51,440 nt of DNA from Deltaproteobacteria bacterium (GTDB lineage: Bacteria > JACQOV01), in contig JACQOV010000022.1 in the NCBI GenBank assembly GCA_016202395.1, positions 1 to 51,440 of the forward strand, given 5' to 3'. Below the pieces are notes generated by a model. That model saw only the letters and a list, made by a program, of their open reading frames with translations, searched no databases and was not told the DNA's origin. A program made the translations under genes and the position numbers. The stretch's first letter is position 1. Each line of letters opens with the position of its first letter. Below are positions 46,225 through 51,440 of this stretch, in pieces.

Positions 46225-46443
46225 AGTAAGAATCTCCAATTTTAGTATTTACATAGATTCATAGTACCATTGATTTCCCCAAGCGTCAACCTCTTCACCT
46301 CTTCACATTCGACTTTAGTTAAATGCAGCCGGAAGTTTTCTTCCGCTCACTCTAAAACAAAACCCCCGATTTTGTTCTCAAAACCACTAGATTCGGTGGA
46401 TTTTATCCCAAAAGCTCCCTCCCCGTGCGTTAACGCACAGCGT

Positions 46444-46482
46444 TGTAACATTTTTGTTACAAAATGTAACAGTTTTGTTACA
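46444..46482. promoter_or_regulatory. tandem perfect palindromic operator TGTAACA-N4-TGTTACA x2
   Basis: Copies at 46444..46461 and 46465..46482, upstream of the FAAL gene. Confidence 0.7.
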
Positions 46483-46569
46483 AACTTATCCATAACTGTG
46501 TATAATTCTTCCGTCTGCAAGCTGGGTTTTTAGGGTACTATAAATAAGCAGTAAAGCATTAGGGAAGAC

Positions 46570-48294
46570 ATGCCATTTAGCTCCAATCTTGATGTTTCAA
46601 CCTTGATTGAGCTTCTTCGGTGTAGGGCTCAGCGGCACCCCGAGCAGTACGCTTACACTTTTCTGGATGACGGTGAAACCAACGAACTTCATTTGACCTA
46701 CAAAGAGTTAGACCGGAAAGCTCGGGCCATCGGCGCTTTGCTTCAGCGTATCGCGGCCGAGGGAGAACGTGCTCTGCTACTTTATCCTCAAGGATTAGAA
46801 TATATTGCTGCCTTTTTTGGATCAATTTACGCTGGCACTGTGGCCGTTCCTGTTTATCCTCCAGATCCTCTAATGCTAAATCGAACTTTGCCTCGGCTTT
46901 TAGGAATTGCCAAAGATGCTCAGGCATCAATAATCTTAACCACTTCCATCGTTCAGTCCATGGCTCAATCCATGATTGATCAGGCTCCCGATTTAAAAGA
47001 TTTGAAATGGTTAGTGACGGATAATCTTGAAGACGGAGCAGAAGAGGATTGGCAGGAACCCATTGTGGACAAGGAGACGGTTGTTTTTCTTCAATACACT
47101 TCTGGTTCAACCTCAGCGCCTAAGGGTGTGAAGATAAGTCACGGTAATCTCTTGCACAATCAACGAATGATTCAAGAGGCATTCGAACATACTGATCAGT
47201 CGACTTTTGTGGGATGGTTGCCCCTTTACCATGATATGGGACTCGTTGGTAATCTACTTCAACCCCTTTATATTGGCGCTCGGTGCATCCTCATGTCGCC
47301 GTTTCACTTTTTAAAGCGCCCAGTACGTTGGCTACAAGCGATTTCCCGCTATCAAGCTCAGACCAGTGGTGGACCCAATTTTGGCTATGACTTATGCGTA
47401 CGTAAAGTCACTGCTGAACAAAAGAAAGATTTAAATCTGAGTAGTTGGAGCTTGGCTTTTAATGGCGCTGAGCCTATCCGTGCAGAAACATTAGAACGTT
47501 TTGTAGAAGCATTTGAGCCGTGTGGATTTCGGCGCGAGACATTTTATCCTTGTTATGGACTTGCGGAAGCGACTTTGCTTGTTTCGGGGGGGATGAAGAA
47601 GGCGCCTCCTTTTGTACGAACCTTTTTGAAAACAGAACTTCAACGAAACGAGGCAATTGACATTTTTCCAAGTCAGGAGAGAACACAAACATTAGTAAGT
47701 TGCGGCCATGCGTTCTTGGACCAGAAAATTGTAATTGTTGACCCAGAGACATTGAAAGAATGTTCTTCTGGGCATATAGGTGAAATTTGGATAGCAGGCC
47801 CCAGTGTGGCTCAAGGTTACTGGAACCGAGGTGTGGAGACAGAGCTAACTTTTCGCGCGTACCTAGTAGATACCGAAGAAGGTCCCTTTTTAAGGACAGG
47901 CGATCTTGGTTTCTTGAAAGAAGGTGAATTGTTTGTCACCGGTCGCCTCAAAGATTTAATCATTATGGCTGGACAAAACTATTATCCACAAGATATCGAA
48001 TATACAGTAGAGCGAAGTCATTCCGTTTTGCGCCCGGGTTGTAGCGCGGCTTTTTCAATTGATTTTAACGACGCAGAACAATTAGTGATACTGGCAGAAA
48101 TAAATGCAGCGCAAAACTTTAGTTTGGATGAAGTAACAGGGATCATTCGAAGAACAGTAGGGCAGAATCATAACATACCTGTTCACGACGTGTGTCTTTT
48201 AAAGGCTGGGACCATTCCCAAGACTTCGAGCGGAAAGATTCAGCGTCATGCTTGTAAGACGAATTTTTTAAATAGAACTTTGGATTTTTTATGA
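46570..48294 (+). CDS. fatty acyl-AMP ligase (FAAL)
   Basis: LQYTSGST..PKGV, WLPLYHDMGL, YPCYGLAEATL, FAAL-type insertion, LRTGDLG, IPKTSSGKIQR. Confidence 0.93.
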   Translation: MPFSSNLDVSTLIELLRCRAQRHPEQYAYTFLDDGETNELHLTYKELDRKARAIGALLQRIAAEGERALLLYPQGLEYIAAFFGSIYAGTVAVPVYPPDPLMLNRTLPRLLGIAKDAQASIILTTSIVQSMAQSMIDQAPDLKDLKWLVTDNLEDGAEEDWQEPIVDKETVVFLQYTSGSTSAPKGVKISHGNLLHNQRMIQEAFEHTDQSTFVGWLPLYHDMGLVGNLLQPLYIGARCILMSPFHFLKRPVRWLQAISRYQAQTSGGPNFGYDLCVRKVTAEQKKDLNLSSWSLAFNGAEPIRAETLERFVEAFEPCGFRRETFYPCYGLAEATLLVSGGMKKAPPFVRTFLKTELQRNEAIDIFPSQERTQTLVSCGHAFLDQKIVIVDPETLKECSSGHIGEIWIAGPSVAQGYWNRGVETELTFRAYLVDTEEGPFLRTGDLGFLKEGELFVTGRLKDLIIMAGQNYYPQDIEYTVERSHSVLRPGCSAAFSIDFNDAEQLVILAEINAAQNFSLDEVTGIIRRTVGQNHNIPVHDVCLLKAGTIPKTSSGKIQRHACKTNFLNRTLDFL

Positions 48295-48309
48295 GTGAGG
48301 AATGAGTGA

Positions 48310-49572
48310 GTGAATAGGATGGAAATGCTCGGAATAAATAGTGAGAAAAATAGACTCTACTCTGATTGGAAGTATTGGGGGAGCAAATTAAAAACAGAAG
48401 AACTTCCGAATTTAACGATTTCAGAGGAAGAAAGAGAAGTATTGGAACTTGCTTATCGGGTATGTGAAAAAGAGATTGTTCCCGTTCGGGCCGAGTTAGA
48501 TGAGAAGGAAGAATTCCCTGAGAAGATTTTTGAAAAATTCAGGGAGGTCGGATTTTTTAGAGCAATGTTTGATTCTAAATACGGTGGCATGGGGTTGAGC
48601 AGAATGATGCCTTTTTACTTGCTGGAAGTAATCGCAGAACGTTGCTTAGGAGTTGCAACGGCTTTTGGCGCTTCTACTAGGTTAGCAGCTCTCCCAATCG
48701 AGTTGGGGGGAACAGAAGAGCAAAAGAAAGGATATTTAACAAAGTTAGCTAGTGGAGAATTTATAGGAGCTTTTGCTCTCACGGAACCTTCGGCGGGTTC
48801 TGATATTTCAAATCTTTCAACAACGGCAGTTAAGAAGGGAGCCAAGTATATTTTGAATGGGACGAAACAGTGGATAACGAATGCGGGGCGAGCGGATATT
48901 TATTGCATTTTTGCCTTAACAGATCGGAATAAAGATCCTCGTGCTAGCATTTCGTGTTTCATAGTGGAGAAAGGTTGGCCGGGTTTGTCTTTCGGAAAGT
49001 TAGAGAGAAAACTTGGTATCCGTTGTTCCCATACTCGGCAAGTGATCATGGAAGATTTAGAAGTTCCAGAGGAAAATTTGATTGGACTTGTTCCCAATAA
49101 AGGCTTAGCTCAAATCTTGAGAACTTTAAATCGCTCTCGATCAGGGGTGGCAGCGATCGCTGTGGGATTGGCGACAGGGGCCTATAAAGAGGCAGTTAAG
49201 TATGCATTTCAAAGGGAGCAGTTTAAACAGAAGGTGGTTCATTTTCAAGTGATACAGCATATGTTAGCGGACATGTTAACGAAGATCGAATCAGCTCGAT
49301 TATTGGCTTATAAAGCAGGGCGTTATTCTGCTGTAGATCATCCGGACGCGGGCCTGTTTTCTGCAATGGCCAAACATTATGCTTCAGAAATGGCGATGCA
49401 AGTTGCGACCGACGCATTGCAGATTCATGGAGGATATGGGTTTAGCCGAGAGTATCCGATAGAGAAAATGTTTCGAGATGCGAAGATTTTGTCAATATAT
49501 GAAGGAACCAATCAAATGATGAAAAATCAAATGAGTGCTTACATTGTTAAAGATGCTGGTAGGTTTTGTTAA
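48310..49572 (+). CDS. acyl-CoA/acyl-ACP dehydrogenase
   Basis: FALTEP.AGSD, LNGTK.WITN, KLGIR, REQF, QIHGGYG, IYEGTNQ. Confidence 0.94.
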   Translation: MNRMEMLGINSEKNRLYSDWKYWGSKLKTEELPNLTISEEEREVLELAYRVCEKEIVPVRAELDEKEEFPEKIFEKFREVGFFRAMFDSKYGGMGLSRMMPFYLLEVIAERCLGVATAFGASTRLAALPIELGGTEEQKKGYLTKLASGEFIGAFALTEPSAGSDISNLSTTAVKKGAKYILNGTKQWITNAGRADIYCIFALTDRNKDPRASISCFIVEKGWPGLSFGKLERKLGIRCSHTRQVIMEDLEVPEENLIGLVPNKGLAQILRTLNRSRSGVAAIAVGLATGAYKEAVKYAFQREQFKQKVVHFQVIQHMLADMLTKIESARLLAYKAGRYSAVDHPDAGLFSAMAKHYASEMAMQVATDALQIHGGYGFSREYPIEKMFRDAKILSIYEGTNQMMKNQMSAYIVKDAGRFC

Positions 49573-49607
49573 TGTTTTCTGAGCACCCAAACGGAGGGTC
49601 TAAGACG

Positions 49608-49868
49608 ATGCTTACAAAAGATGAAATGCAAAAAGAATTGATTCCCAAGTTTGCTGAGGAGTTAGGCCTCGAGGAACGAGGCATTGACATTAAAAAAGAT
49701 TTTAATGAATATGGTTTAAGTTCAGTGACAGCTGTTGGTTTAGTAGGGGAATTAGAAGAATTGTTAAGACAAGAACTTTCTCCTACTCTTATATTAGAAC
49801 ATCCTACCATTGAGTCATTAGCTCAATATCTCACTGATAAAGCAAACAATGGGATTGAAAAGGATTGA
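49608..49868 (+). CDS. acyl carrier protein
   Basis: F.EYGLSSV (Ppant Ser), L..EL....EHPTIESLAQYL; GGAGG RBS. Confidence 0.88.
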   Translation: MLTKDEMQKELIPKFAEELGLEERGIDIKKDFNEYGLSSVTAVGLVGELEELLRQELSPTLILEHPTIESLAQYLTDKANNGIEKD

Positions 49869-49953
49869 GGAAGGACGACCGCTTCCGATTAAGATTTATC
49901 TTGGTAGTTTAATGAAAAATCTAAATACTTGCTTGCATACCCGAGAGATCTAA

Positions 49954-51440
49954 ATGGATGCAAAATTACCCATACGCGAAGGCTCAAATAGTTATATTGA
50001 CCGTAGGCAAGTCAAGGCTCTTATTTTTCAGGATAGGCGCAAACAAGATAGAAGGAGGAAAAATGAAACTATACCGCGTGACTTACGTAAAAAAAAGATT
50101 GTGGGTGGGGATCCGAGGAGACGCGAGATTCGACGAGGTTTCTTTTGTCCTATTGAAGTGATGCCGGAATCTACATCGAGTCCAAATGTCGATATTAAAC
50201 ATGGTAAGATTCTCGATATATCCAACGGAGGGATGGCTATTATTGTGGAAGGTTCATGCGATTGGTTGGATTCTTGTGAGCAGATAAATGTGAAATGGTC
50301 TCCTTCTGAAACCGTTCTTGGAAAGGTTGTTTGGAAAAGAAATGTAGTGGGGTATTTGGGTAATGGCAACACATGGTTGCTTGGTTTAGAAATTAATCAG
50401 AAGGGTAAGACGGAAAATCAGACGCCCCAAATAATTTCAAAACAACCTGATAACCTTAAAAAAATTGCTTCTATATCTGAACTAACTGAAATAAAGTTTC
50501 ATCCTTGTTACATTGCAGGTGAAGACATTGATTCAGGAGTTTATCAATTTGCGATAAGCACTGATGGGTTGATTTCTGATCCGCAGAAAACAGTGGGGGA
50601 TTTAGAAAATCTAATGAAAGGTATAGTGCCTCATAATTATTGGGAAAGTGTTTATGGCGTTTACTCAATAGCGACGGAAGTTCTCATTGAGAAAGCCATT
50701 GATGGTGCGCACAAGGCTTGGCAGCAATTTCGTAATGTATCGATTTCTAGAAGAAAACAGGTGTTTTCTAGCATTTATGAGAATCTTATTAAGCATGAGA
50801 GGGAGTTGATCAATTTGATGGTAAAGGAAGGGCATCCCTTACGGCTTGCAAGATGGGAATATGCTGGGATGGTTAAGGGATATGAACCACAGACAATCAA
50901 TTTTTATGCAGATCAGTTGTTCAAGAAACTGGGTGTCGATAATGGCGAACATCTTTTCCTCGCTAGAAAACCAGATGGCGTAGTTTGTATCTTTCCCCCT
51001 AGCAACGCTCCTTGCCCTAATTCTTTGGTGTCAGCTTTCGCATTACTAGCAGGTAATTCTGTAATTGTCAAACCACCTCTTCGTACTCCCATATCCACTT
51101 TGTATTTGTGGAAAAATATTATCATCGAGGCACTAGAAGAGAATGGTGTAAACCCAGGAATAGTCAGTTTAATTATTGGTGATTCATCAAAAATATTGGA
51201 TAAATGCATGTCAAGTCCAAAAGTTAATGATATAGTGTATTTCGGGGACAGTGATAGTGGATTGAAAATCGGGCTACATGCCTATGCAAAAGGAAAGAAG
51301 CCTATCTTGGAAATGTCTGGTAATGATGCAATGGTTATATGGAAAGATGCAGATCTTGAGGGTGCTGCTACTTCTCTTGTCGAAGGGTTTTTAGGATCAA
51401 TGCAGATGTGTATGGTAGCCAGGCGTGCGATAGTTCATCC
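49954..51440 (+). CDS. PilZ domain-aldehyde dehydrogenase fusion (partial, runs off the window end)
   Basis: Manually translated open frame from ATG 49954: RREIRR and DISNGG PilZ motifs; then P.N.P, AGNSVIVKPP, YFGDS, LEMSGND, GSMQMC ALDH motifs. Confidence 0.85.
   Translation, partial: MDAKLPIREGSNSYIDRRQVKALIFQDRRKQDRRRKNETIPRDLRKKKIVGGDPRRREIRRGFFCPIEVMPESTSSPNVDIKHGKILDISNGGMAIIVEGSCDWLDSCEQINVKWSPSETVLGKVVWKRNVVGYLGNGNTWLLGLEINQKGKTENQTPQIISKQPDNLKKIASISELTEIKFHPCYIAGEDIDSGVYQFAISTDGLISDPQKTVGDLENLMKGIVPHNYWESVYGVYSIATEVLIEKAIDGAHKAWQQFRNVSISRRKQVFSSIYENLIKHERELINLMVKEGHPLRLARWEYAGMVKGYEPQTINFYADQLFKKLGVDNGEHLFLARKPDGVVCIFPPSNAPCPNSLVSAFALLAGNSVIVKPPLRTPISTLYLWKNIIIEALEENGVNPGIVSLIIGDSSKILDKCMSSPKVNDIVYFGDSDSGLKIGLHAYAKGKKPILEMSGNDAMVIWKDADLEGAATSLVEGFLGSMQMCMVARRAIVH

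Noticed and set aside
49958-51209. Short ORFs listed after 49.9 kb
   Set aside because: All overlap the long open frame from 49954, which has PilZ and ALDH motifs.
1-51440. CRISPR array, rRNA, prophage or transposase
   Set aside because: No regularly spaced repeat-spacer units, rRNA-like sequence, phage structural genes or transposase motifs were seen.

Overview
A 51.4-kb bacterial chromosomal window, probably from a deltaproteobacteria-like lineage (Myxococcota/Desulfobacterota/Bdellovibrionota-like). This is inferred from gene content and sigma54 promoters, not from a database search. Housekeeping content: tRNA-Val(CAC), a tetrapyrrole operon (sirC/cysG-N, ccsA-like, hemA, hemC, cobA-hemD, hemB) interrupted by an aldo-keto reductase/Trk K+ uptake/kinase-less sensor block, RNase G, an HNH nuclease, a MinD/FlhG ATPase, patatin, rluD, pgeF, a pseudokinase, a sigma54 response regulator, an HD-GYP regulator and ppiD. 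Accessory content: (1) a decayed mosaic region at 24-29 kb; (2) an operon with three ArsA/Get3 ATPases, TatA, a beta-barrel and a lipase; (3) a mazEF-archease-rtcB RNA break/repair operon; (4) a sigma54-driven hydrolase-fold lipoprotein; (5) a hybrid kinase with palindromic repeats inserted in frame; (6) an AT-richer FAAL-ACAD-ACP cluster ending in a PilZ-aldehyde dehydrogenase fusion that is missing from the ORF track and runs off the window end. Several families of palindromic or mobile non-coding elements are present, including a covarying 76-bp hairpin in two copies and a 213-bp MITE-like element with a TTAG target duplication. No CRISPR array, rRNA or transposase was seen. All calls come from manual motif reading.
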